A DNA stretch of 64,000 nt from Candidatus Hydrogenedentota bacterium (GTDB taxonomy: Bacteria; Hydrogenedentota; Hydrogenedentia; Hydrogenedentales; SLHB01). The notes beneath the pieces were generated by a model. It saw only the letters and a program-made list of their open reading frames with translations, had not been told where the DNA came from and did no database searches. Below, one piece after another: positions 10,707 through 19,705 of this stretch; position 1 is the first letter of the stretch, and every line of letters starts with the position of its first letter. Both the position numbers and the translations under genes were made by a program. Location of the stretch: contig BTVY01000002.1 in NCBI GenBank assembly GCA_045863335.1, positions 96,462-160,461 of the forward strand, written 5' to 3'.

Positions 10707-10800
10707 TGGAGGCGACACTCCCGGCTGCTTGAATTCAGACTGGGCACCGCCCGTACCTGTCTTTGGTTGTATTTGCGCAGAATCGATGAAGGGGTTGACC

Positions 10801-11082
10801 GTGGTGATTGCTAAACTGATCTGGCCGCAAGACCGTGTCGATCATATTGCGCGTCATGGCGTTCGGCCTCATGAAGTGGAAGAAATTTGCTTCGGAAAAC
10901 CACTTATTTTGCGTGGACAGTCCAAGGGGAAGAATCCGGTCTACTACATTTTAGGCCGCACCACGGCCGGGCGATATCTATTCTGCGTTGTGATACAATT
11001 CCCTCAGGGCAAAGGTTACCCGGTGACCGCCAGACCAATGACCGAAGCCGAGAAACGTCGATTCAGACAGAGAAAACAATGA
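10801..11082 (+). CDS. BrnT-like toxin
   Basis: WPQDRVDHIARHGV..EVEE, GRTTAGRYLFCVV, VTARPMT..EKRRF. Confidence 0.8.
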   Translation: MVIAKLIWPQDRVDHIARHGVRPHEVEEICFGKPLILRGQSKGKNPVYYILGRTTAGRYLFCVVIQFPQGKGYPVTARPMTEAEKRRFRQRKQ

Positions 11083-11330
11083 CACGAATTCCAAAAACTG
11101 ATTCCGTGGATGAGTTGGCGCAGTTTTGGGACACGCATGATATTACGGAGTTCGAGGATGAACTTCGAGTAGTGTCAGAGCCCCTTTTCGTTCGCAAGGA
11201 TTCAATCGTGGTACAAATCGCGCTGGACCACAAGGAAGCGGACGCATTGCACCGGCTTGCGCAGAGCAGGGGAGTCGATGATGCCGATCTTCTCAAGGAA
11301 TGGGTCAGCGAGAAACTGGAAACTTCCTGA
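11079..11330 (+). CDS. CopG/BrnA-type antitoxin
   Basis: ATGA overlap with toxin; ELAQFWDTHD motif and C-terminal RHH-like segment. Confidence 0.8.
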   Translation: MTRIPKTDSVDELAQFWDTHDITEFEDELRVVSEPLFVRKDSIVVQIALDHKEADALHRLAQSRGVDDADLLKEWVSEKLETS

Positions 11331-11385
11331 AGACGCACGATCGATGTATCGACGCCGTCCACTATTTCAGCGCTTCTTTTGAGCC

Positions 11386-11568
11386 ATGTATACAATGCAG
11401 CAGCTTGTAGAAGCGATCGAATCGCTACCGGAGGATGCGAACGACGCTGACGCCGTGGAGCGGCTCTACCTGATCTTCAAGATCGAAAAGGGAATCGAGC
11501 AGGCAGAGGCGGGCGCGCTGATCGGCCAGGAAGAGGCGCGCCAGCGAATGGCGAAATGGCTCGGGTAA
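11386..11568 (+). CDS. Small antitoxin of RelE/ParE-associated type
   Basis: IESLPED...KIEKGIEQAEAG..IGQEEARQRMAKWL pattern; overlaps a ParE-like start. Confidence 0.75.
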   Translation: MYTMQQLVEAIESLPEDANDADAVERLYLIFKIEKGIEQAEAGALIGQEEARQRMAKWLG

Positions 11569-11600
11569 GATGGACATCGCAAGCGCTGAATGATCTGGTG
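11556..11600 (+). pseudogene. Truncated ParE/RelE toxin (N-terminal ~14 codons only)
   Basis: MARVRWTSQALNDL is a ParE-type N-terminus; the frame then runs antisense into the oxidoreductase 3' end. Confidence 0.7.
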
Positions 11601-11608
11601 TGTGTCCC

Positions 11609-12889
11609 TTACACAATCTCCTCCGCGTTCCGATCCCAGCGTGCTTCGCGTTTTTGCCGGTATGCCTCGACGCTCATGAGAAGCGTGACGACTTCGATGA
11701 AGGCCTCGTCGATGTTGCACTTGGGCTGCTCGCCCGTCCGGACGCAACGGAGGAAGTCTTGCATGTGCGTGGGCCATTCGGGGGCAGTCGTCGGGTCGAA
11801 CCGTTCGACTGGCTCGGTCGTGCCGCCCTGGAAAGGAAAGGCGGGCTTGTCGTCGAAGATGCTGTAGGTTGAGGCGTCCTGCCCGATCCCGTTGAATACG
11901 AGGCGGCCTTCCTTGCCGACGTATTCCGGCGCCTGACAGCGGCCGGAGTTCATGCAGCCCTCGAACATGACGGTGCAATTCTGCTCCTCGAAAGTGTAGG
12001 TCGCCATCCAGTTGTCCGGCACTTCGCGGTCGTCCTTGTAGTAGGTGAGTTGGCCGGTGCAGGTGCAGGAGTCCGGGATGCCCCAGCCGAGCACGCATTG
12101 GACGTGGTCCAGTTCGTGGGAAAGCAGGTCGCCTGCCTGGCCGGTGCCGTAGGGCCAGTAGCAGCGCCAATGCCAGAAGTGGCGCTCGTTGAAATCGATC
12201 TTGGGGCAATTCCCCAGCCACGCCTCCCAGTCAAGCTGTTTGATAACCTCAGCGGGATCGGGACGATCCCACCAGGTGTAGTTGCCGTACCAGCGCCACG
12301 GCGCACGCTCGAGCGTGCCGTTGAAATAGCGGCCGGTCTTGACGACCGTGACCGGACCGAGGCGCCCTTGCCGGATCAGATCGCCGGCCACGGCGGTAGC
12401 GGGATGCTGGCGCCCCTGATGGCCGAGCTGGAAGACGGTGTCTTGTTTGCGGATGACGTCGCGCATGCGTTTCGCCGATTCCACCGAAACAGTCAGCCCT
12501 TTCTCGCAATAGACGGCCTTACCCGCGTTCGCCGCGTCGATCACCATCTGCTCGTGCCAGTGGTCCGGCGTGGCGATGATGACCGCCTCCACATCAGGGT
12601 CGGCGATGAGATCGTGGTAGTTGGTGTAGCGTTTGGCATCGGGATTCAGCCCAGCGTCGAATCCTCGCTGCAGATGGGGCTCGTACACATCGCAGACCGC
12701 GACGACCTTCGCTTCCGGAATACGGCCCGTATGCTGCGCCAAATCCCAGCCTCGCGTGCCGCAGCCGATATGTCCCACGCGCACCGGGTCGTCGGTAGGT
12801 TCCGCGCCGCGAAGTATCGCGGGCGCGAGGAGCGTAGCTGCGCCGGCAGCGAGGACGGTTCTGCGGGTCATTCGATTTGGTTCAGTCAT
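11609..12889 (-). CDS. Tat-exported Gfo/Idh/MocA oxidoreductase
   Basis: TRRTVL Tat motif, GHIGCGTRG, IATPDHWH, YCEKG. Confidence 0.92.
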   Translation of the reverse strand: MTEPNRMTRRTVLAAGAATLLAPAILRGAEPTDDPVRVGHIGCGTRGWDLAQHTGRIPEAKVVAVCDVYEPHLQRGFDAGLNPDAKRYTNYHDLIADPDVEAVIIATPDHWHEQMVIDAANAGKAVYCEKGLTVSVESAKRMRDVIRKQDTVFQLGHQGRQHPATAVAGDLIRQGRLGPVTVVKTGRYFNGTLERAPWRWYGNYTWWDRPDPAEVIKQLDWEAWLGNCPKIDFNERHFWHWRCYWPYGTGQAGDLLSHELDHVQCVLGWGIPDSCTCTGQLTYYKDDREVPDNWMATYTFEEQNCTVMFEGCMNSGRCQAPEYVGKEGRLVFNGIGQDASTYSIFDDKPAFPFQGGTTEPVERFDPTTAPEWPTHMQDFLRCVRTGEQPKCNIDEAFIEVVTLLMSVEAYRQKREARWDRNAEEIV

Positions 12890-12921
12890 CGTTCGTTGCT
12901 CCATTGCGGGGTTGAGGCAAA

Positions 12922-13347
12922 CTACCACGTGGTCGATCCAGTATCCGAGAGCACGTCGATTCGGCTTTCCCCGGTGTCGAGTATCAATGTGGAGAAGGTC
13001 CATTGCCCGGCGGATTTCTGGGCCTCCAGGTAGAGGGTTCCGGAATCGTTCGGACCGGATAAGGGCACGGAGAGGCTGGCCTCGCCGGAACCGTTGTTCA
13101 CGCTGACGTTGCCGGTCACGAGCAGGCCCTCTTCAATGGGTGTGCCAAGGGCGGCTTGCACGGCGGGACTCGCCTTGGCTTGCGCCACGCCTTGCACGTA
13201 GGCTTCGGAGGATTTCATCAGGCTGAAGGCAGCGACAAGGATGAGGGCGATGAAACCAACGGCCACGGCGAGCATCCCGAGGCACCCGGCGGGGACGACC
13301 CAGAACCAGTTGCGTCCAAGCCAGCTCTTTCGTGGTTGCCCGGCCAT
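12922..13347 (-). CDS. Coa1-like (cytochrome c oxidase assembly factor 1 family) membrane protein
   Basis: WLGRNWFWVVP, TM helix, ALGTPI, LSGPNDSGTLYLEA..GQW. Confidence 0.7.
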   Translation of the reverse strand: MAGQPRKSWLGRNWFWVVPAGCLGMLAVAVGFIALILVAAFSLMKSSEAYVQGVAQAKASPAVQAALGTPIEEGLLVTGNVSVNNGSGEASLSVPLSGPNDSGTLYLEAQKSAGQWTFSTLILDTGESRIDVLSDTGSTTW

Positions 13348-13414
13348 ATTGATCCTCTCGTTGAACGAACTGGAGGTCGCCGTGAACGTGCGCAGTGCCA
13401 CGCGCGGGGTTTAA

Positions 13415-13573
13415 GAACATCCCCCTTAGTCCCCCTTCAAAGGGGGAATGGGCTATAGAAATCGCTTGAACGAGGCAAAGGCAATGACGCGAGAGTCAAG
13501 CGCCATCGATCTTCATTCTCGTAACGCTTTGCGTTGCAAGACTTCCCCTTTGAAGAGGGATCAAGGGGGATGT
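13415..13573. repeat. Inverted-arm palindromic element, intergenic copy A
   Basis: GAACATCCCCCTTAGTCCCCCTTCAAAGGGGGAAT and a slightly degenerate inverted arm; same arms at 32111-32336 and 32936-33096. Confidence 0.9.
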
Positions 13574-13635
13574 ATCTTCGACGTCCCGCGATAAGCCGCT
13601 CGCCAGCCGACGAATAATTGCCTGTGATTCCCTTG

Positions 13636-13971
13636 CTACGAACTGACCTTCTTCTTGGTCGATGCCTTGGATTTGGTCTTGGCCTTTGCCTTGCTCTTCG
13701 TCTTGGCTTTTGGCTTTGACTTCGCTTTGGCCTTCGCCTTAGCCTTCTTTTTATCGGGAACGACAGAGACCTTGGAATAGAAGTGCTTGCTGGCTTCGAG
13801 GACGTTGCCGAGGTTGCGCTTTACTTCGTCCGTGAGTTCAACGCCGGCTTTGTTCACCTGATCGAGAAAGGCTTCCCAATCCTTGTGCTCCCACTTGCCG
13901 CGTTGCTCCTCGACGAATTTACCGGCCATGTCAAGGAGTTGTTGAAGTCCGCTGCCTTTTTTCGTCGCCAT
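13636..13971 (-). CDS. Small protein with Lys/Ala-rich histone H1-like tail
   Basis: GGAG RBS; helical N-domain then KKKAKAKAKAKSKPKAKTKSKAKAKTKS. Confidence 0.75.
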   Translation of the reverse strand: MATKKGSGLQQLLDMAGKFVEEQRGKWEHKDWEAFLDQVNKAGVELTDEVKRNLGNVLEASKHFYSKVSVVPDKKKAKAKAKAKSKPKAKTKSKAKAKTKSKASTKKKVSS

Positions 13972-14122
13972 AGTCGTTTCTCCCACGCCCGGGTGATTTT
14001 GATTTCGTCCTTCCACCGGCCCGGGTTCGCGCTCCCCCGAAACCCAGTGGCCTAGTACTCAAACGATACAAGAAAGCCGCCAGAAAAGCAATGGGATTTG
14101 GGATGCGACGTCGCAGTCGCAA

Positions 14123-15385
14123 CTACTGGGGTAGTTTCAGGAAACCGCTCCCGCCTTTGAGCCAACGCTCCATAGTTTTCGGGTCGCCGGTGATTTGGTG
14201 GTGGGGTTCGTCGCTCGCCGGGAGCGTTTCCAGGCTGCCCATTTCGCGGAAGAGAGGGCTTTTGGGGTCGAAGAGATTGAAGGTGTAGATCCCACTGACG
14301 CCGGCTTCCAAGGCGGCGCGCGCTTCGGCCTGCCAGAGGGCACGGCTGTCGGGACGGCTGCCTTCGGGATTGGACGCGGAGACGATGCGGGATCCGCTGA
14401 GGCAGGCGTAGACGGGGACCTCGTACTGCTTGCCGATGGCGACCATGTTCTCCCAGGGTTCGAGGTGGAAGTAACCGGTGAGCGACACGATATCGACAAG
14501 GTCCTCTTTCAGCCAGGTTTCCCAGTCGAGCCCGATGCCCTTCGCGTATCCAAGCGAATCGGGGACACGGATGGCGATGAGAATGGGTCGCCCGCGTTGC
14601 GTGCCGATCATCTCGGTCATGATCCGTACCCGGCGGATGAGATCGGTCATCTGGTCGCAGTGCTCTTGCGTGACGGGTTCGCCAATCATTTGGGGTTTGA
14701 AGTAGACCGGATGCCGGAAGAAATCCATTTCGATACCGTCCACGTCGTAACGCGCGCAGACATCGGCGAAGATCCGGAAGACCTTATCGCGCACCTCGGG
14801 CAGGCCGTAGTTGACGGCGGACCAGCGCCCGCCGCCGTGGGGGAACTTCTCCCCCTTCTTCCCCATCAGGTACTCGGAATGATCCTGTTTCCACTGGCAT
14901 AAGAGCGCGTCGTCGCCCGAGTCATGAGTGTCGTTCATCCGCATGGACCAGAAGGCTTCCATGTCGTTGGCGTGGCAGAAGCGGACGATCTCGGTCAGCG
15001 AGTCGGTGCCTTGCTTCGTCAGTTCCCAGGCCCAGTCCAGCGCTTCGCGGTCGCCGTGGCCGCGCAATTCGGTTTCTTTGCTCGCGTGGGTGTAGAGGTT
15101 GAACACGCCCGTGCAGTAGAAGATCGCGTCCACCTGGGACCCTGCCAAGGGCGTGGTCCGGTTCGCGAGGAAATCTTCGACCGTGTGCTCCTGGTCTTTC
15201 GTGCGCGCGTCGTTACCGTCGTTGTTCATGATGATGCGGCGCGGCTGGTGGGCGGCTTCTTTCCGCGCGGCTCGGAGTTGGTCGAGCGTGAGGTTGGCGT
15301 CCTGCGCGAACGCGCAAGAAGACATCACGAGAGCGGCGAGTATCGCGAGGCGCATGCTTCTAGTCGAACTGAACAAAGGAATCAT
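14123..15385 (-). CDS. Secreted glycoside hydrolase-like TIM-barrel protein (DUF187/GHL10-like)
   Basis: Signal peptide; IIMNNDG, WSMRMNDTH, YDVDGIEMDFFRHP. Confidence 0.75.
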   Translation of the reverse strand: MIPLFSSTRSMRLAILAALVMSSCAFAQDANLTLDQLRAARKEAAHQPRRIIMNNDGNDARTKDQEHTVEDFLANRTTPLAGSQVDAIFYCTGVFNLYTHASKETELRGHGDREALDWAWELTKQGTDSLTEIVRFCHANDMEAFWSMRMNDTHDSGDDALLCQWKQDHSEYLMGKKGEKFPHGGGRWSAVNYGLPEVRDKVFRIFADVCARYDVDGIEMDFFRHPVYFKPQMIGEPVTQEHCDQMTDLIRRVRIMTEMIGTQRGRPILIAIRVPDSLGYAKGIGLDWETWLKEDLVDIVSLTGYFHLEPWENMVAIGKQYEVPVYACLSGSRIVSASNPEGSRPDSRALWQAEARAALEAGVSGIYTFNLFDPKSPLFREMGSLETLPASDEPHHQITGDPKTMERWLKGGSGFLKLPQ

Positions 15386-15460
15386 TGGGTTCCCCCTTGA
15401 TTGAATTCGAGACACAAGTAAGTCCACAGCGATACCGAACGGAACTCCTCGGTCGATGGC

Positions 15461-16024
15461 CTAGTCTTTGTAGTACCGTACCGATTCTATAATTTGGTCC
15501 GCAATCCGAGCCTCCCGCTCCGGCAAATCCGAGTACATCAAATGCAGCCGCATAGGCACCTCTTCTTTGGACTTCTGGTACGTATACAAGAACTCACGCG
15601 ACTGCAGCCCCGAATCGGAATTTGGCCTCCAAGAAACGGACCGCTTTTCCACCTTTCCCTTGCTTGCAATGTCGATCTGCGCAGTCTTGGGTGCCCGCGC
15701 CGGAAAGGGTGGAAAGGCGGCATCGTACGTGACCATGAAGGATCGAGGGGGATCTTCTCTCAGGTAAAATTCATAGCGAAAGAAATCGGCCTGCTGAGAT
15801 TCTTCGATCGTGACATTCGCGGGGATTTGCAGCCGGAACACATATGCTTCATATTCCACGAAATCCACATCATCTTCTTCGATTAAGTTCTCCGGCTCGG
15901 ACGATTCGTCGCGGGAGGAAACAAGTCCGTCGCTGCGACAGCCGCTATTAGTGGCCATGACAATTCCGGTGAGTACCATCCCGACGAGAAGACATCGACT
16001 AATTGTTCTTTGGACGTTCATCAT
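15461..16024 (-). CDS. Hypothetical lipoprotein
   Basis: Hydrophobic stretch followed by SGC; start uncertain (16048 overlaps the sulfatase stop). Confidence 0.6.
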   Translation of the reverse strand: MMNVQRTISRCLLVGMVLTGIVMATNSGCRSDGLVSSRDESSEPENLIEEDDVDFVEYEAYVFRLQIPANVTIEESQQADFFRYEFYLREDPPRSFMVTYDAAFPPFPARAPKTAQIDIASKGKVEKRSVSWRPNSDSGLQSREFLYTYQKSKEEVPMRLHLMYSDLPEREARIADQIIESVRYYKD

Positions 16025-16044
16025 TGAGAACTCCCTTACTTTCG

Positions 16045-17454
16045 TCACATCGGTTTCGCGTCACGACACCGCGCGGTTTCGGCAATTTGGTATTCGATCT
16101 GTTCCGGGGTGAGTTGTTCGGGGGACCAGGCAGCGGGTTTGGGGTCGGGGACGGTCAGGGGGACGGGGTCGTCGTATTGGCGTTGGAGTTCGGCGAGTTT
16201 GTCCATCATGGTTTGGATACGTTGCGCGTGGTCCGGATTTGACGCAAGGTCGTTCTGTTCGAGGGGGTCGTTCTGCAGGTCGAAGAGTTGGGTCTTGTCG
16301 ATGAGGGGATAGCGGATGAGCTTCCAGCGGCCGTCGGTTACGGCGCGCTGTCCTTCCTGGTAGGCGGTGTACAGCCAGTCCCGGACGCCGGAGTCGCGAT
16401 CGTCAATGACCGGCGCGAGGCTTTTCCCTTCGACGTTGGCGGGATTGGGGACGTTCGTAAGGTCGCACACCGTGGGGAAAATGTCCATGAGATAGGCGAG
16501 CGCGTCGGTGTCGCCTTCCGGAATGCCGGGTCCAGCGAAGACGAGGGGCACGTGCATGCCGCCAAACTCGTACAGATTCTGCTTGCCGAGGAGGCCGTGA
16601 TCGCCGAGGGAAAGGCCGTTATCCCCGGCGATGACGAAAAGGGTGTTGTCGTATTGGCCGGCGTCCTTCAGGGCCTGCACCACGCGACCGACCTCGGCGT
16701 CGAGATAGGCGATGGACGCGTAGTACCGCGCGAGTTTGCCCTTCACCTCCTCCGGCGTGCGTGGGAAGGGCAGGGTCATTTCGTCGCGGATGGTCATGGC
16801 GCCGTTGTCGAAGGGTTGATACGGGGCGAAGCGCGCGGGCAGCGGCACCTCCTCCGGCGGATACTGGGCGTAGAATTCGTCAGCCGCGTACTGGGGATCG
16901 TGGGGTTCGCGGCCGGCCATGTAGATGAACATGGGCGATTTCGAGGCAGTCCGGCCGATGAAGTCGATGACATCGTCGGCGACCGCCCCCGCCCAACCGG
17001 GATCGGTGGTTTCGTCGAACTCGCTCGTGATGGGTTTGGGCGAATTCCCGAACTTGCCCGCGTGCATCGTGGTGTAGCCCGCATCTTTCATGACCCGCGG
17101 GAAGGTATGCGTCGCGGGATCATCGCCGCTGGCGTCGCCGGTGGCATGGAAGAGCGAGCGCCCGGTCAGCATCATGGTGCGGCTGGGCAGGCAGACCGCG
17201 CCCACCATGGAGCCCATGGTGTAGGCCCGACGAAAACGGCAGCCGCGACTGACGAGGGCATCGAAGTTGGGCGTCTTGACGACGGGATTGCCCAGGGACG
17301 CAAAGCCATCTGGCCTGAGGTCGTCGATGAAGATGCAGACCACGTTAGGCCGGTCCGGCGTTTGCGCTATCGCGCGATTCGCCGCCATGGCCGTCATCAC
17401 GGAAGCCGAAGTGTATTTCAGAAACGATCTGCGGGTCGTTGAAGTCATCGTCAT
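16045..17454 (-). CDS. Tat-exported sulfatase
   Basis: TRRSFLK Tat motif; IDDLR, CLPSRTMMLTG (CxPxR), GDNG, GKQNLYE. Confidence 0.95.
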   Translation of the reverse strand: MTMTSTTRRSFLKYTSASVMTAMAANRAIAQTPDRPNVVCIFIDDLRPDGFASLGNPVVKTPNFDALVSRGCRFRRAYTMGSMVGAVCLPSRTMMLTGRSLFHATGDASGDDPATHTFPRVMKDAGYTTMHAGKFGNSPKPITSEFDETTDPGWAGAVADDVIDFIGRTASKSPMFIYMAGREPHDPQYAADEFYAQYPPEEVPLPARFAPYQPFDNGAMTIRDEMTLPFPRTPEEVKGKLARYYASIAYLDAEVGRVVQALKDAGQYDNTLFVIAGDNGLSLGDHGLLGKQNLYEFGGMHVPLVFAGPGIPEGDTDALAYLMDIFPTVCDLTNVPNPANVEGKSLAPVIDDRDSGVRDWLYTAYQEGQRAVTDGRWKLIRYPLIDKTQLFDLQNDPLEQNDLASNPDHAQRIQTMMDKLAELQRQYDDPVPLTVPDPKPAAWSPEQLTPEQIEYQIAETARCRDAKPM

Positions 17455-17554
17455 CCCTCCTCTCGCGCCGGAAATGTCATGAGCATGAAAGTGTAACCTC
17501 CTCAGACCGAGAATGAAACGGAGGGTGTTTCTCGCGTCAGGGGAGTCTCAACCG

Positions 17555-17638
17555 CATGTAGCGCAGGCGTCACGCCTGCTGTTTGTCTCCGGTCGATACG
17601 CTTGGCGAAGAAGCAGGCGGGGACGCCTGCGCTACATG
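17555..17638. repeat. GTAG-type REP doublet, copy 2
   Basis: CATGTAGCGCAGGCGTCACGCCTGC ... GCAGGCGGGGACGCCTGCGCTACATG; right half nearly identical to 69-108. Confidence 0.85.
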
Positions 17639-17735
17639 GGAGCCTCGGTCCTGTCACCTTTTTGGCCGCTGAAACGTCTTTCTTTAGGATAGCAAGGCCA
17701 CGTGAACTTCCTGGTGAACCAATAGGGGCTAATCG

Positions 17736-19058
17736 ATGCGAATTATCTCCATTCTAACGTTGTGTTTCGTTGGCTTCGCCGCAGGCGCCGCCGAACGCCC
17801 GGATCTGACCGGAACCATTTATGACGAAACAGAGAAGCCGTACGAGGGGGCCATGGTGAGTATCTACACGGCGAAGCCGCGTACGGGAACCGGGATTGTT
17901 TGTCCGTCCTGTTATCTGGACTGTGCGAAGCGGTCGACGACGGGTGAGGATGGCTCGTTCGAGGTGAAGGCATTGGACCCATCCCTGCTCTTTCGCGTGC
18001 TGGTAATCGCGGAGGGTTACACGCCCATGTTCGTGGACAATGTCGATCCACTCACCGGACCGATTCGCGTGAAGCTGGTCAAGCAGGATCCCTCGCGGAA
18101 CGAACCGGGCCATGTGCTGCGGGGAAAGGTGCTCGATCCGAATGGGAAACCGGTTGCAGGTGCGAAGATTGAACCCTACGCGATGCATTACGGCACCACC
18201 AATCAATACGGGGGACTGGACGGAGTCGATCCCTTGTCCGCCACGAATGCGAAGGGTGAGTTTGCGGTGACCAGTGAGAAGCCCGACCTCGTGTTGAGCG
18301 TTAAAGTCGAGGCTCGGGGTCTGGCGGCGCAGAATTTCACGCGTCTCGCCGCAGGAGACGACGTGCATGAACTGACGATGGGCTACGGGGCAACGGTATC
18401 CGGCCGCATCGAAAAGGGTGGCGAGCCCGTGCCGGGGGTCGTAATTGGAATCGTGCAAACGGACCGCAGTTCGGAGTCGTTTTTAGGGGAGATCGAGGTC
18501 GCGACTGACGACCAGGGCCGGTTTACCTTTGCGAACGTGCCGCCGAACGACGAGTATGCGGTCTACGGGCAATTGGCCGACGCGAGTTCAGTAGGGGCCG
18601 TACCCGTCAAAGTGGTCCGCACGGAAAGCGACGGTAGTCTCCTGGATGCGGGGGTGCTGTCGGTCGAGCCAGGGCATTCGGTTTCCGGGCAGGTCGTGCT
18701 GTCAGATGGCGGGGCGTTGCCGCGCGACGTGCGTATGATGATTTCGCGTGAACTCGCGTGGGACTGGCTTGAAGTGCCCGTGGACGAGTCTGGGCATTTC
18801 GAGGCACACAACTTGCCTTCCGAGGAGTACACGATTGGTTGCCGCATTCCCGATTATCACCTGTCGCCCAAGAACTACAGCCTCGATCCGCTCAACAAGT
18901 TCAGTCTCATGGGTCGCATCGACGCGGACATCGCAGACCTGACCCTGCTCTTCGAGCCCGGAAAGTTCGAGTGGCAGCAAGCGCCGCAGGAAGCCAGCAC
19001 GCGGTACACGGAACTGAAGTCCGAGCCGATCCAGGGTGCGGATTGGCCGGAACGGTAA
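17736..19058 (+). CDS. Secreted protein with tandem carboxypeptidase-regulatory-like beta-sandwich domains
   Basis: Signal peptide; repeated GxVxDxxGxPVxGA / TxxxGxF units; CPSCYLDC motif. Confidence 0.8.
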   Translation: MRIISILTLCFVGFAAGAAERPDLTGTIYDETEKPYEGAMVSIYTAKPRTGTGIVCPSCYLDCAKRSTTGEDGSFEVKALDPSLLFRVLVIAEGYTPMFVDNVDPLTGPIRVKLVKQDPSRNEPGHVLRGKVLDPNGKPVAGAKIEPYAMHYGTTNQYGGLDGVDPLSATNAKGEFAVTSEKPDLVLSVKVEARGLAAQNFTRLAAGDDVHELTMGYGATVSGRIEKGGEPVPGVVIGIVQTDRSSESFLGEIEVATDDQGRFTFANVPPNDEYAVYGQLADASSVGAVPVKVVRTESDGSLLDAGVLSVEPGHSVSGQVVLSDGGALPRDVRMMISRELAWDWLEVPVDESGHFEAHNLPSEEYTIGCRIPDYHLSPKNYSLDPLNKFSLMGRIDADIADLTLLFEPGKFEWQQAPQEASTRYTELKSEPIQGADWPER

Positions 19059-19173
19059 GGCGTAACCAAATCCGAAACATATCCGAATGACCAAAATCAG
19101 AAATGGGATTTGTCGTGGGAATGATGTCGATCAATGGAGGACTTGCTAGAATTCTCCAGCGTCGGATGCGGGC

Positions 19174-19551
19174 CTAATGCTTTCCTCCGTGCTTCGCGAC
19201 GAGATTGCGCACGGCAGGAAGCAGCTCCACGTTGATCTCGACGGCGGTGTGTTCGGGCACTTCGAATGCGGCCATGCCCACACCGCTGATCCCGGCATCG
19301 GGCCCTTGCTCGACCCAGGGCAGTTCGGTGGTTTGCCACTCGATTGCCCCGAGTACGGGCATGCTCTTGACCTCATCTGACGAGACCTCCGAAAGGGGTG
19401 GGTCGACGGTCTTGCCTTCCTTCGGCACCGCTTTCCCGGCAGCAGCGTTGGCGATGCCGTTGAAGCAGGTACACAAAACGACCAGTGCCAGAAGGACGAA
19501 TCCGTATCGTGCTGCGGCCATAGTCCGGCAGCGTTTCGTTTCCCTCATCAT
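19174..19551 (-). CDS. Hypothetical secreted protein, possibly an internally deleted remnant
   Basis: GGGGCGG upstream; clear signal peptide but only ~90 aa mature part. Confidence 0.45.
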   Translation of the reverse strand: MMRETKRCRTMAAARYGFVLLALVVLCTCFNGIANAAAGKAVPKEGKTVDPPLSEVSSDEVKSMPVLGAIEWQTTELPWVEQGPDAGISGVGMAAFEVPEHTAVEINVELLPAVRNLVAKHGGKH

Positions 19552-19705
19552 ATCCGCCCCGAATTGAGCGATTCACCCACGGCAGGGCTAACGATCACAA
19601 GGGTATTTCGGTTGCCAACAAGGGCGCAACTTTGTCCATTCACTTTTGCTGGCGGCTGAGATTCGGTACACTGCTGAGAGTCGCAGTATTCAGGAGGAAC
19701 CGGAA

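Noticed and set aside
5545-11600. Integron cassette array
   Set aside because: No recurring attC-like sites between the small genes and no intI
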